DNA of 64,000 nt from Burkholderiales bacterium (GTDB taxonomy: Bacteria > Pseudomonadota > Gammaproteobacteria > Burkholderiales > WYBJ01). The stretch is from assembly GCA_022841915.1 (NCBI GenBank), contig JALHQN010000002.1, positions 338,724-402,723 on the forward strand. The letters are read 5' to 3'. Numbering within the stretch: position 1 is the stretch's first letter; each line of letters starts with the position of its first letter. The translations under genes and the position numbers were made by a program. Shown piece after piece: positions 35,961 to 44,872 of this stretch. Under the pieces are notes generated by a model. It saw nothing but the letters and a program-made list of their open reading frames with translations, had not been told where the DNA came from and ran no database searches.

Positions 35961-37591
35961 ACGCGCCGTCGTTGCACCCGGTTGCGCGCCGGCTCACGAG
36001 CGTCCTCGGCGGCATGGCCCTCGCGGTCGCCATGTTTTCTGTGCCGCAGGCAGAAGCGCAACTCCTCGCTTCGGGGGATGTCGGCCCCGACGGGGCGGTG
36101 GTTTGGGTGCGGCCCGAGCGCAGCGGTACTTATCAGCTTGAAGTCGCCCTGGATGCGGCGTTCTCCAAGGTGCAGCAGCGCGTGCCGATCGCTGTCGGCG
36201 ATTCGACCGGCTTGACCGGGCAGACCACGCTCAATGGCCTGATGGCCTCCACGCGCTATCACTATCGCTTGCGCGACGAGAAGGGGCCCTTGCCGGCCCG
36301 GGGTGTCTTCACGACAGCGCCGAGGGATGGCGTGCGGGCACCGCTCACGCTCCTCTTCGGCGCGGATCTCGGCGGGCAGGGTTACGGCCGCCTGCGGGCC
36401 GATGTCGGGTTGCCGGTGGACGGCTGGCCGATCTTCAAGCCCATGCTGGCCGAGAACGCGGACCTGTTTCTCGCGCTGGGTGACATGATCTACTCGGATC
36501 GACCGATCGGCACCAATGCGCCCGATCGGGAGTATCCCAAGGGCAACGACTACCAGATTCCGAAACCAGGGCCGGGGTTCGTTGCAGGGGTGGACGACTT
36601 CAGGCGCGATTGGCACTACCATCGCAGCGACCATCGTCTCGATGCCTTCTTGCGCGCTACGCCCATGATCGCGACGTGGGACGATCACGAGATCGTCAAC
36701 GACAGTGGCGGGCCGGAGCTGGTGAAGGGCCCCAACGCGCAGGAGCTGGCACGCGATGCCCGACTGAGCCAGGGCGATCCGTCGCGGCCGCGAGGGGAGT
36801 TCATGCCCTGGAGCACGACGAAGGATCCTCGCGGCCGCCGCAAGTCCGTGTTCTTCAATCCCGAATTGTTTCGGGCGGGACGGCAGGCGATGTTCGAGTA
36901 CAACCCCATTCGAGCCGAACCGGATCCCTCGGGGGCCTTCGAGCGTCGGCTCTACCGCAGCGTGCGCTGGGGCGCACATGCCGAAGTCATCATGCTCGAC
37001 ACGCGCTCGTACCGTGATCCCCGTTATCGAGTCGATAGCGATCAGTCGCCCAAGACCATGCTCGGCGAAGCGCAGAAGCGATGGCTGCTCGAGCGCCTGG
37101 AGAAATCGGACGCCACGTGGAAGATCGTGGTCAGCAGCGTGCCGCTGTCGGTCGAAGGCGGCAACGAGAAGGATCCGCAGGGGCACGGCTACCGCGATGC
37201 ATGGGCAAACGTGACCCCGGACAATCCCTACGGCTACGGGCGCGAACTGAAGCAGATCGTCTCGCACATCCTGACGAAAGGAATCCGCAACGTCGTCTTC
37301 CTCACCGGCGACAAGCACTACTCGAACGTCTTCGGCTACGACCCGGATGCCGATGGCGTCATCGACTTTCACGAGATCAACGTCGGCCCGTTGCGCGCCG
37401 GTCGCGGTTCGGGGAAGCTGCCGTTCGATACCAGTCTGAATCCAACCCGGCTGTACACCGATGCGGGCAGTGCGGCATTCGTCTATGGGTGGGTCCGCAT
37501 CGATCCGGCATCGGGCCGCTTCGAAGCGGAGCTGCGCGACGTGGACGGAGCGACGCGTTCGGGCTCTCGACTGGTGTTGAATCCGAGGTAG
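35957..37591 (+). CDS. phoD: PhoD-family alkaline phosphatase/phosphodiesterase, exported
   Basis: ORF 35885..37591. GTG 35957 overlaps the upstream stop (GTGA). The N-terminus VARRLTSVLGGMALAVAMFSVPQAEA/Q looks like a Tat/Sec signal. TWDDHEIVND (PhoD WDDHE motif) and FLTGDKHYS are present. The start is uncertain (alternative Met at GGMALAV). Confidence 0.8.
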   Translation: MNAPSLHPVARRLTSVLGGMALAVAMFSVPQAEAQLLASGDVGPDGAVVWVRPERSGTYQLEVALDAAFSKVQQRVPIAVGDSTGLTGQTTLNGLMASTRYHYRLRDEKGPLPARGVFTTAPRDGVRAPLTLLFGADLGGQGYGRLRADVGLPVDGWPIFKPMLAENADLFLALGDMIYSDRPIGTNAPDREYPKGNDYQIPKPGPGFVAGVDDFRRDWHYHRSDHRLDAFLRATPMIATWDDHEIVNDSGGPELVKGPNAQELARDARLSQGDPSRPRGEFMPWSTTKDPRGRRKSVFFNPELFRAGRQAMFEYNPIRAEPDPSGAFERRLYRSVRWGAHAEVIMLDTRSYRDPRYRVDSDQSPKTMLGEAQKRWLLERLEKSDATWKIVVSSVPLSVEGGNEKDPQGHGYRDAWANVTPDNPYGYGRELKQIVSHILTKGIRNVVFLTGDKHYSNVFGYDPDADGVIDFHEINVGPLRAGRGSGKLPFDTSLNPTRLYTDAGSAAFVYGWVRIDPASGRFEAELRDVDGATRSGSRLVLNPR

Positions 37592-37621
37592 TGAATCGGG
37601 AGACGGCGTGGAGCGTGCTGC

Positions 37622-38059
37622 TCAGGTGCGAGCGGGCGCGATACGTTCGAAGCGTTCGATCGCTGCGAGCAGGCCCGGCGGCACGGGTGCCGACTTGCGC
37701 GTTCGTGGGTCGGCGTGAACGTAGACGAGTTCGCCGTTGACCAGCGCTTCGTCGCCGCGCCAGATCTCGAGGACGAAAGTCAGTGAACTGCGCCCGATGC
37801 GCGTGCAGCGGATGTATAGGTCGATCTCGTCATCGTAGCGTGCAGGACTTGCATATTCGACCACCGACCTGACGGTGTAGAGTTCGCCACCGGTCTCGGC
37901 GGTGGCTTGCGGATACGGCAGTCCGATCTGGCGCCAGTACTCCGTCACGGCAATATCGAAGTAGGTGAGATAGTGGCCGTTGAAGACGATGCCCTGCATG
38001 TCGACCTCGGCCCAGCGGACCCGCAGTCGGTGCGTGGATGCGAATTCTTCACGTGCCAT
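37622..38059 (-). CDS. acyl-CoA thioesterase (YbgC/4HBT hotdog family)
   Basis: 145 aa. RVRWAEVDMQGIVFNGHYLTYFD is the typical 4HBT N-terminal motif. Confidence 0.8.
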   Translation of the reverse strand: MAREEFASTHRLRVRWAEVDMQGIVFNGHYLTYFDIAVTEYWRQIGLPYPQATAETGGELYTVRSVVEYASPARYDDEIDLYIRCTRIGRSSLTFVLEIWRGDEALVNGELVYVHADPRTRKSAPVPPGLLAAIERFERIAPART

Positions 38060-38142
38060 GCGTATCGTCTCCGCGTCTGACAGGTTACATTGCCGAGGCT
38101 AGTGCCCCGGCAGGGCAGATGCCCAATGGGCGTGAGCCGCGG

Positions 38143-38604
38143 TCAGTGACTCTTGCCTGCGGGCACCGTCACCGGCAGCGGCACGACCTCGATGCCTTCT
38201 TCGCGCAGTTCGCCGACTTCCTGGACTGTGGCCATGCCGCGGATCTTGCGCTCGGGTGATTCGCCGTAGTGGATCTTGCGCGCTTCCTCGGGGAAATCCT
38301 TGCCGACATCCTCGGTGTTCTTGACGACGTATTCCACCACTTTGGCGAGCATGGCGGAGCGCAAGTTTGCGTATTGGGCTTGTTCGGGGGTGAGGGCTTG
38401 GGGCTCGGCCTCGGTGGGCTTGGGGCCGCGGTCGCTCGCGCCGGTGTTCACGTAGCTGGCAGAGGGCACTTTGACGACATGGCTGTCCCCGCACAGAGGG
38501 CACGCGATGATTCCCCGTTCGCGCTGCTGATCGAAGTCGGCGCCCGAAGAGAACCATCCCTCGAAGCGGTGATCGTTGGCGCACAGCAGATCGAAAACTT
38601 TCAC
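38143..38604 (-). CDS. DUF1178 family zinc-ribbon protein
   Basis: ORF 38143..38679. GTG 38604 (residue 26), preceded by GGGAAGG, gives (M)KVFDLLCANDHRFEGWF...CPLCG, the usual DUF1178 N-terminus. Confidence 0.7.
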   Translation of the reverse strand: MKVFDLLCANDHRFEGWFSSGADFDQQRERGIIACPLCGDSHVVKVPSASYVNTGASDRGPKPTEAEPQALTPEQAQYANLRSAMLAKVVEYVVKNTEDVGKDFPEEARKIHYGESPERKIRGMATVQEVGELREEGIEVVPLPVTVPAGKSH

Positions 38605-38707
38605 GTGGAGAACCTTCCCTGAGGGCCCGATAGTAGCAGATGGCCATTGTCCCCAACCGGTAACGGCAGGGCAGGGCACTGGCTTGACCAGCTGCCGGGG
38701 ACCTGCG

Positions 38708-38716
38708 TGCTATACT
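38708..38716 (+). promoter_or_regulatory. extended -10 promoter element (TGcTATACT)
   Basis: tgctatact read at 38708-38716, about 45 nt upstream of the methyltransferase ORF. A TTGACC at 38684-89 sits at non-optimal 21-nt spacing. Confidence 0.35.
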
Positions 38717-38759
38717 GATTTTACAACCATTCTGGCCTCTGACTGCTTCTGCGTGGCGG

Positions 38760-39656
38760 TTGCGAGGCGCGTCTTCCAAGTTGCTTTCCTTCGTCCGTGA
38801 CATCGCGCGCGCATCGGGAGCGGTTTTCGCCGCGGTCTGGCTATTGATCCCGGTGGTGTCGCTTGCAGCAGAGAGTTATGCGCCCAAGGTCGGCCAGTCC
38901 GGCAAGGACGTCATCTGGGTGCCCACGCCGGAGCGTGCGGTGGAGCGCATGCTCGCCTTGGCGCATGTCGGCCCGGACGATGTCCTGATCGATCTGGGCT
39001 CCGGGGACGGCCGCATCGTGATCGCGGCGGCCAAGAGTCGTGGCGCCCGAGGCTATGGCGTGGATTTGAATCCGGATCTGGTGCAGCTTGCCGAGCAGCG
39101 CGCGCGCGAGGCGGGGGTGTCGGAGCGGGCGAAGTTCAGCGTCCGCGATATCTTCGAGGCCGATCTGCGTTCGGCAAGCGTCATCACGCTGTACCTGCTG
39201 CCCGAACTCAACATGCGCTTGCGCCCTGCGCTGCTTAAGCTCAGGCCGGGCACCCGGATCGTCGCCAACGCCTTCGACCTGGGTGAATGGGAAGCCGACG
39301 CGATCGATACCAGCACCGCGAGCATGCTGCGATTGTGGGTGGTGCCCGCGCCCGTGGCGGGACGCTGGTCGTGGTCGCTGCAGTCGAACGGCAAGTCGCA
39401 GCATTTCGAGCTCGACATGAATCAGCAATTCCAGCGCGTCAGCGGCGTGGTCGCCCTCGGGCAGCAGCGCTTGCGGCTGCGTAATCCCAAGCTGCAGGGC
39501 GATGCGATCAGCTTCGTGCTGCTCGAGCAGCAGCGCGTGAATCATGGCGTGCGCACCGATTACTTCGGCCGTGTGAAGGGCAACCGGATCGAGGGCGAGG
39601 TGACGAGCAGCGAAACCGGCAAGACGACGAAGTGGATCGCTGTTCGCCGCGGGTGA
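38760..39656 (+). CDS. class I SAM-dependent methyltransferase with N-terminal signal/anchor sequence
   Basis: LIDLGSGDGRIVIAAA (motif I). The hydrophobic N-terminus is AVFAAVWLLIPVVSLAA/ES. The only start options are TTG 38760 or TTG 38781, so the start is uncertain. Confidence 0.65.
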   Translation: MRGASSKLLSFVRDIARASGAVFAAVWLLIPVVSLAAESYAPKVGQSGKDVIWVPTPERAVERMLALAHVGPDDVLIDLGSGDGRIVIAAAKSRGARGYGVDLNPDLVQLAEQRAREAGVSERAKFSVRDIFEADLRSASVITLYLLPELNMRLRPALLKLRPGTRIVANAFDLGEWEADAIDTSTASMLRLWVVPAPVAGRWSWSLQSNGKSQHFELDMNQQFQRVSGVVALGQQRLRLRNPKLQGDAISFVLLEQQRVNHGVRTDYFGRVKGNRIEGEVTSSETGKTTKWIAVRRG

Positions 39657-39780
39657 ACGCCATGTCCTTCACCACGGGCGCGTTGCCGAATCATTCATCG
39701 TCTGACGTGGCGCACGTCGCGGCACAAGCCCAGGTGTCGTCGCCAGACGCAGTGAAGCATGCTCATGAACGGAGCCTGAA

Positions 39781-40989
39781 ATGAAAGCACCCCTGGAAGG
39801 AATCCGCGTCGTCGACATGACCTCGGTCGTCGTCGGTCCGCTTTGCACGCAGATGCTCGCCGACTACGGGGCGGACGTGATCAAGATCGAAGCGCCGCCG
39901 GGCGGCGACATCGCGCGCACGATCGCCGGGCGCGGCGTCACGCCGCTCATGTCGGGCAAGTTTCTGCACCTGAACCGCAACAAGCGCTCGCTCGCGCTGG
40001 ACCTGAAGAAGCCCGGAGGCAAGGAAGCCCTGCGCCGCCTGCTGCAGACATCGGACGTTCTGGTCTGGAACATACGGCCCCCGGCGATGGCTCGTTTGGG
40101 GCTCTCGTACGAGGATGTGAAAGCCATCAATCCGAAGATCGTCTACGTGGGAATGTTCGGTTTCGGCCAGGATGGGCGCTATCGAAACAAGCCGGCCTAC
40201 GATGCGATCATCCAGGGCTCGGCGGGCGTCGCCGGGCTCAATCACCGGGCCTATGGCGAGCCGCGCTATCTGCCGATCGTGATGGCGGATCGCACGGTGG
40301 GTTTGATTGCCACGCAGATGATCCTGCTCGCCTTGTATCACCGCAGCATCAGCGGCGAAGGTTCGGCGATCGAGATCCCGATGTTCGAGAACATGGCGAA
40401 GTTCGTGCTCGAAGAGCACATGTATCTGCAGACCTTCGATCCGCCGCTGGGCAAGATGGGCGACCCTCGTCTCATGGATCCGAACGCAACGCCGCTCAAG
40501 ACCAAGGATTCATGGATTTGCATCTCGGCCAACACCAACGATCAGGCGTTCGCGATCTTCGAGGCCATCGGCCGCCCCGAGCTGAAAGACGATCCTCGCT
40601 TCAGTACGGTCGCCGCTCGGTTCGAGAACGTGAAGGAATATTTCGCCATTCGCGCCGCCGGGCTGAAGGAGAAGACGACCGCCGAGTGGATGGAGATCCT
40701 CGATCGGCTCGATGTGCCTGCCATGCCGTACAACACGCTCGAAACCCTGATGGAAGACCCGCACCTCGCCGACGCGGGGTTCTTCCAGACGCTCGAACAT
40801 CCCACGGAGGGCAAGGTGCGCAACATGCGCCTGCCCAACAAGACGAGTTTCAGCGCCCGCAAAGAGATCAAGGGTGCGCCCAAGCTCGGGCAGCACAGCA
40901 TCGACGTGTTGCGGGATGCGGGTTTGAGCGAGGCCGACATCCAGGCACTGATCGATCAGGGAGGCGTCATCGATGGCCGCCTCGGCTGA
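39781..40989 (+). CDS. family III CoA-transferase (CaiB/BaiF family)
   Basis: LEGIRVVDMTSVVVGPLCTQMLADYGADVIKIEAPPGGD. GGAG ribosome-binding site. Confidence 0.9.
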   Translation: MKAPLEGIRVVDMTSVVVGPLCTQMLADYGADVIKIEAPPGGDIARTIAGRGVTPLMSGKFLHLNRNKRSLALDLKKPGGKEALRRLLQTSDVLVWNIRPPAMARLGLSYEDVKAINPKIVYVGMFGFGQDGRYRNKPAYDAIIQGSAGVAGLNHRAYGEPRYLPIVMADRTVGLIATQMILLALYHRSISGEGSAIEIPMFENMAKFVLEEHMYLQTFDPPLGKMGDPRLMDPNATPLKTKDSWICISANTNDQAFAIFEAIGRPELKDDPRFSTVAARFENVKEYFAIRAAGLKEKTTAEWMEILDRLDVPAMPYNTLETLMEDPHLADAGFFQTLEHPTEGKVRNMRLPNKTSFSARKEIKGAPKLGQHSIDVLRDAGLSEADIQALIDQGGVIDGRLG

Positions 40990-41044
40990 TCGCACACGAC
41001 CGAGACACGGCTTCCGATGACGCGCAGGCGGTGCCTCGATAGCC

Positions 41045-42580
41045 ATGCCTGAAGCTTCGAGCAAGACTGCGGCGCTGGCAAAGCGCGTCGGGTTGATTGC
41101 CGGGCCGGTGGCGGCCGTGTTGTGCTATCTGCTGTTGCCGGACACCTATATCGACACCGAGGGCCGAGAACTCGTCCTCGGCCACGCGGCCCGCGCGGCG
41201 CTTGCGATGATGTGCTGGATGGCGCTGTGGTGGATGACCGAGGCGGTCCCCATCGAGGCGACCGCGTTGCTGCCGGTGGTTGCGTTTCCCCTCCTCGGGG
41301 TGGCGACGCTGGGCAAGACGACTGCGGCCTACGGCTCAGACATCGTGTTTCTGTTCCTCGGCGGTTTCATCCTCGCCGCCGCCATTCAGCGCTGGGGGCT
41401 CGATCGGCGCATCGCTTTCCTTACCCTCAGGGTGGTGGGCACCCGGCCCGACCGTATCGTGGGCGGGCTCATGGTGGCAACGGCGTTCTTGAGCATGTGG
41501 GTATCGAACACCGCGACGGCGGCGATGATGGTCCCGATCGCGCAGTCGATCATTGCCTTGTATCGTGCCCCTCGCCAGGCAGGTGATGGCGGTCTGGACG
41601 ATGACCGCGCACAGCGCAACTTCGCGCTGGCGATGCTGCTCGCGATCGCCTATGCGGCATCCATCGGCGGTCTGGGCACGATCGTCGGTTCCCCACCGAA
41701 CGGCATCGCGGTACGCTTCATCGAGCAGACCTATGGCCGTGAGGTCTCCTTCGTGCAATGGCTCGTCATTGCGCTGCCGGTCGTGGTCGTGTTCCTGCCG
41801 CTCGCCTGGCTGTTGCTGACCCGAATATTGTTTCGCAGCGACTTGCGCGAAAGCGAGCACGGCCGCGATTGGGTCGTGCAGCAATGGCGGGCGCTCGGGC
41901 CGCTGAATCGTGGCGAGCGGATCACGCTCGTCGTCTTCGTGGGCACCGTGTTGTTTTGGATCACGCGTCCGTTGCTCAGCCAGTGGGCGATCGGCGGCCT
42001 CATGCCGCTTGCCGGGCTGAGCGATGCAGGCATTGCGGTCGCTGCCGCGCTTGTCTTGTTTCTCGTCCCGGTCGATCGCAAGGCCGGTTCGTTCGCCATG
42101 GACTGGCGCACCGCCCAGACCCTCCCCTGGGGGGTGTTGATTCTCTTCGGCGGCGGATTGGCTCTGGCGGGCGCGATCGAGGCCACCGGCGTTGCCGGAT
42201 TCATCGGCAGTCAGGCCCGCAGCCTGGGCGGCTGGCCTGTGTGGGCCGTGCTGCTCGCCGTGGTCGCCGCCACGGTGTTTCTGTCGGAAGTCACCTCGAA
42301 TACTGCGCAAGTCGCGACCATGATTCCGCTGCTTGCTGCGATGGCAGCGGGGCTCGGCGTCGATCCGCTGCTGTTGATCGTTTCGTGTACCCTCGCTGCA
42401 AGCTGTGCCTTCATGCTGCCGGTGGGGACGCCGCCGAATGCCATCGTGTTCGGTACCGGGCTGGTCACGATACCGCAGATGTGCAAGGCAGGCTTGTGGT
42501 TGAATCTTCTCGGCATTGCCATCATCACGGCGCTGAGCGTGCTGTTCTTGCCCGTAGTGCTTGGGCGCGTGATGAACTGA
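41045..42580 (+). CDS. DASS/SLC13-family anion (di/tricarboxylate or sulfate) symporter
   Basis: 511 aa polytopic protein. Two SNT hairpin motifs (WVSNTATAAMMVPI and EVTSNTAQVATMIPL). Confidence 0.85.
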   Translation: MPEASSKTAALAKRVGLIAGPVAAVLCYLLLPDTYIDTEGRELVLGHAARAALAMMCWMALWWMTEAVPIEATALLPVVAFPLLGVATLGKTTAAYGSDIVFLFLGGFILAAAIQRWGLDRRIAFLTLRVVGTRPDRIVGGLMVATAFLSMWVSNTATAAMMVPIAQSIIALYRAPRQAGDGGLDDDRAQRNFALAMLLAIAYAASIGGLGTIVGSPPNGIAVRFIEQTYGREVSFVQWLVIALPVVVVFLPLAWLLLTRILFRSDLRESEHGRDWVVQQWRALGPLNRGERITLVVFVGTVLFWITRPLLSQWAIGGLMPLAGLSDAGIAVAAALVLFLVPVDRKAGSFAMDWRTAQTLPWGVLILFGGGLALAGAIEATGVAGFIGSQARSLGGWPVWAVLLAVVAATVFLSEVTSNTAQVATMIPLLAAMAAGLGVDPLLLIVSCTLAASCAFMLPVGTPPNAIVFGTGLVTIPQMCKAGLWLNLLGIAIITALSVLFLPVVLGRVMN

Positions 42581-42583
42581 ACC

Positions 42584-43459
42584 GTGAATGCGAATTTTCC
42601 CGATGCAGCAACGAACCCAACAATCCGGACACTGATCATGCACAACCTCGATGCCTCGCTCCAACTCGATCCCATGAACCCGGCGCCGCATGGCGCGGCG
42701 GCGGCCTTCGTCTGCCGTGCAAGCGACCACTACCGCAACGCGATCGGCCCCTTCGGCGGCTGGATCGCGGCGCTGCTGCTCAAGGGCGTGATGTCGGCGC
42801 CGGAAGTGCGTGGCGCTCCGCTCGCCCTCGATGCCTTGTTCATGGGCAGCATGGAGGACGGTTGGCTCGAAGTGCGCGTGTATCCGGTGCGACAGAATCG
42901 GTCGGTCGGCTTTTGGCGCAGCGAGGTCTGGCAGGCCGGGCGAATCTGCGCCCACGCGCAGGTGACGTTGTCCATGGCGAGGAACAGTCTCGTCCTGCAG
43001 GACGCGCGGTTTCCCGAGGTGCCGTCTCCGGACAAGGTGAAGGTTTACGACAACCCCAGAACACCCGTACCCTGGGTCGGCCAATACGTCTTCAAGCCGG
43101 TGAGCGGCGTATTGTTCTCGCGCGCCGAGACCATGGATTCGACACTGTGGATTCGAGATGCAGCGCCGCGCCCGCTCGACGCGATCTCGCTTGCGGCGAT
43201 CTGCGATACACCGTTTCCCTCGCCGTGGATCCGCTTGTCCGGCCAAGTGCCGGTGTCGACGGTGACCTACTCGGTGTACTTTCGCGGTGATGCCGAGGAT
43301 TTCGCGCAGGCCGGTAGCGGTTTTTGCCTGGTGGATACGCGGGCGAGTCTTGCCCGGGCAGGCTACGTGGATCAGTTCAGTTCGGTGTGGAGCGAGTCCG
43401 GGCGCCTGCTTGCGCAGACCCAGCAGATGCTTTGGATGGCGGATACGCAGCCAGCATAG
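42584..43459 (+). CDS. thioesterase-superfamily protein (TesB-like double hotdog)
   Basis: FGGWIAALLLKGV resembles the acyl-CoA thioesterase II-like N-domain motif. Start is GTG 42584 (3 nt after the DASS stop) or ATG 42638. Confidence 0.6.
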   Translation: MNANFPDAATNPTIRTLIMHNLDASLQLDPMNPAPHGAAAAFVCRASDHYRNAIGPFGGWIAALLLKGVMSAPEVRGAPLALDALFMGSMEDGWLEVRVYPVRQNRSVGFWRSEVWQAGRICAHAQVTLSMARNSLVLQDARFPEVPSPDKVKVYDNPRTPVPWVGQYVFKPVSGVLFSRAETMDSTLWIRDAAPRPLDAISLAAICDTPFPSPWIRLSGQVPVSTVTYSVYFRGDAEDFAQAGSGFCLVDTRASLARAGYVDQFSSVWSESGRLLAQTQQMLWMADTQPA

Positions 43460-43490
43460 CCAACCGTGCCGCTAGCGTTCACACCATGGA

Positions 43491-44669
43491 TTACGCGCGC
43501 CGTGGCGTGGCCAAGAAAATCAATGCGCTCGCTGCGACGATTGCGCCGAGCACCGGGAACGCGACGCCATAGCCCCAAGTGGCTACAACGAAGCCGGTGA
43601 GGACAGGACCGATGGTTTGGCCGATGTCCATGATCGTTCGCAGCACCCCCACCGAAGCACCGAACTGACCCGCCTTGGCGAAGTCGGCGACCAGCGCCGA
43701 GGTCGAAGAGGTCACAGTGGCAAAACCGATTCCGAACAAGAGGCTCAATGTCGCTAGGCTCACGACGTCGCGCGCCAACGGCAGCGAGGCGACGCTGATT
43801 GCGACGAGCGCTAGGCCCGGCACGATCACGGCAGTGCGTCCGAACTTGTCGGACAGGGCGCCCATCAGCGGCTTGATCAACACGACGCTCACGAGCTGCA
43901 CGCCCAGAATGACGCCGATCTCCCAGGCCGATATGCCCAGACTGAGCGCATACAGGGCGAGAAACGCTTCCACCGCGCCGAACACCAGGTACTGCGCAGC
44001 CTCGACGATGCTGATCAGCATGATCGGACGGCTTGCGAGCACGGTGCGCAACGCCGCGAAGAAATGTGGGAATGATGCGGGCTTGCGATTGATCGAGGAC
44101 ACTTCCGCGGGAAGCATCAGGCCGATCAGCCAGGCCAGCACGCCGCTCGCCGCGCAAGCCAGGTAGACCGAGTGGAAGCTCGCCACCGAGATGAGAAATC
44201 CGCCCAGAAACGGGGCGACTGAACGGCCGACGATCGTGACCGACGAATAGGTCGAAAGCATGGCGGCGCGTCGTTCCGGGTAGCGCTCGGCGATCGCCGC
44301 GGTTGCCACGGTGCCGAAGATCGCGGTGGCAAAGCCGTGGTAGAAGCGCACGGCCATCAGTTGCCAGCTATTCGTCACCAGCAGATAGAGGAACGGGGCA
44401 GTGGCGAACACGATCAACGAGGCGAGAATCACTCGCCGCTTGCCGATGAAATCCGAGATCGCGCCGGCCGGAAAGCTGATCAAGATGCCGGGCAGGGTCG
44501 AGGCAATGACGATCCAGCCGATCTCCCGCGGCGTCGCGCCCAAAGCGCTGGCGAACAGCGGCAGCACGGGAGTCTTCGACATCGTCGAGCTCAGAATGGC
44601 GAGCCCACCCATCGTGGCGATCAGGATGAAGAACTGGCGCTGCGTGGACAAGGAGGACAACGGCTTCAC
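43491..44669 (-). CDS. MFS transporter
   Basis: 392 aa with about 12 hydrophobic segments. DFIGKRRV loop motif. GTG start preceded by AAGGGAG. Confidence 0.85.
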   Translation of the reverse strand: MKPLSSLSTQRQFFILIATMGGLAILSSTMSKTPVLPLFASALGATPREIGWIVIASTLPGILISFPAGAISDFIGKRRVILASLIVFATAPFLYLLVTNSWQLMAVRFYHGFATAIFGTVATAAIAERYPERRAAMLSTYSSVTIVGRSVAPFLGGFLISVASFHSVYLACAASGVLAWLIGLMLPAEVSSINRKPASFPHFFAALRTVLASRPIMLISIVEAAQYLVFGAVEAFLALYALSLGISAWEIGVILGVQLVSVVLIKPLMGALSDKFGRTAVIVPGLALVAISVASLPLARDVVSLATLSLLFGIGFATVTSSTSALVADFAKAGQFGASVGVLRTIMDIGQTIGPVLTGFVVATWGYGVAFPVLGAIVAASALIFLATPRRA

Positions 44670-44872
44670 GCTCCCTTAAGTGTTGTTCTGCGCTGTGAGG
44701 TCGACGCCCGCGTCAGCTCAGCGGCACTCGCATCGAATCCTCGCCGGCGAAGTCTATGGATTCACGTAGCAGTAAGGCTACGTCACCCGACCGTGACGAT
44801 GCCACTGTAATCGGACAAGCACAAAGGTTCACTGGTCCGCGATGTGCACGCAAGTCATCTCGACCAGCGTGT

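Noticed and set aside
41336-43246. 636-aa minus-strand ORF antisense to the DASS transporter and thioesterase genes
   Set aside because: It has low-complexity Arg/Gly/His/Asp-rich composition and spans two plus-strand genes and their junction. It has no family signature. The sense-strand products carry SNT transporter motifs.
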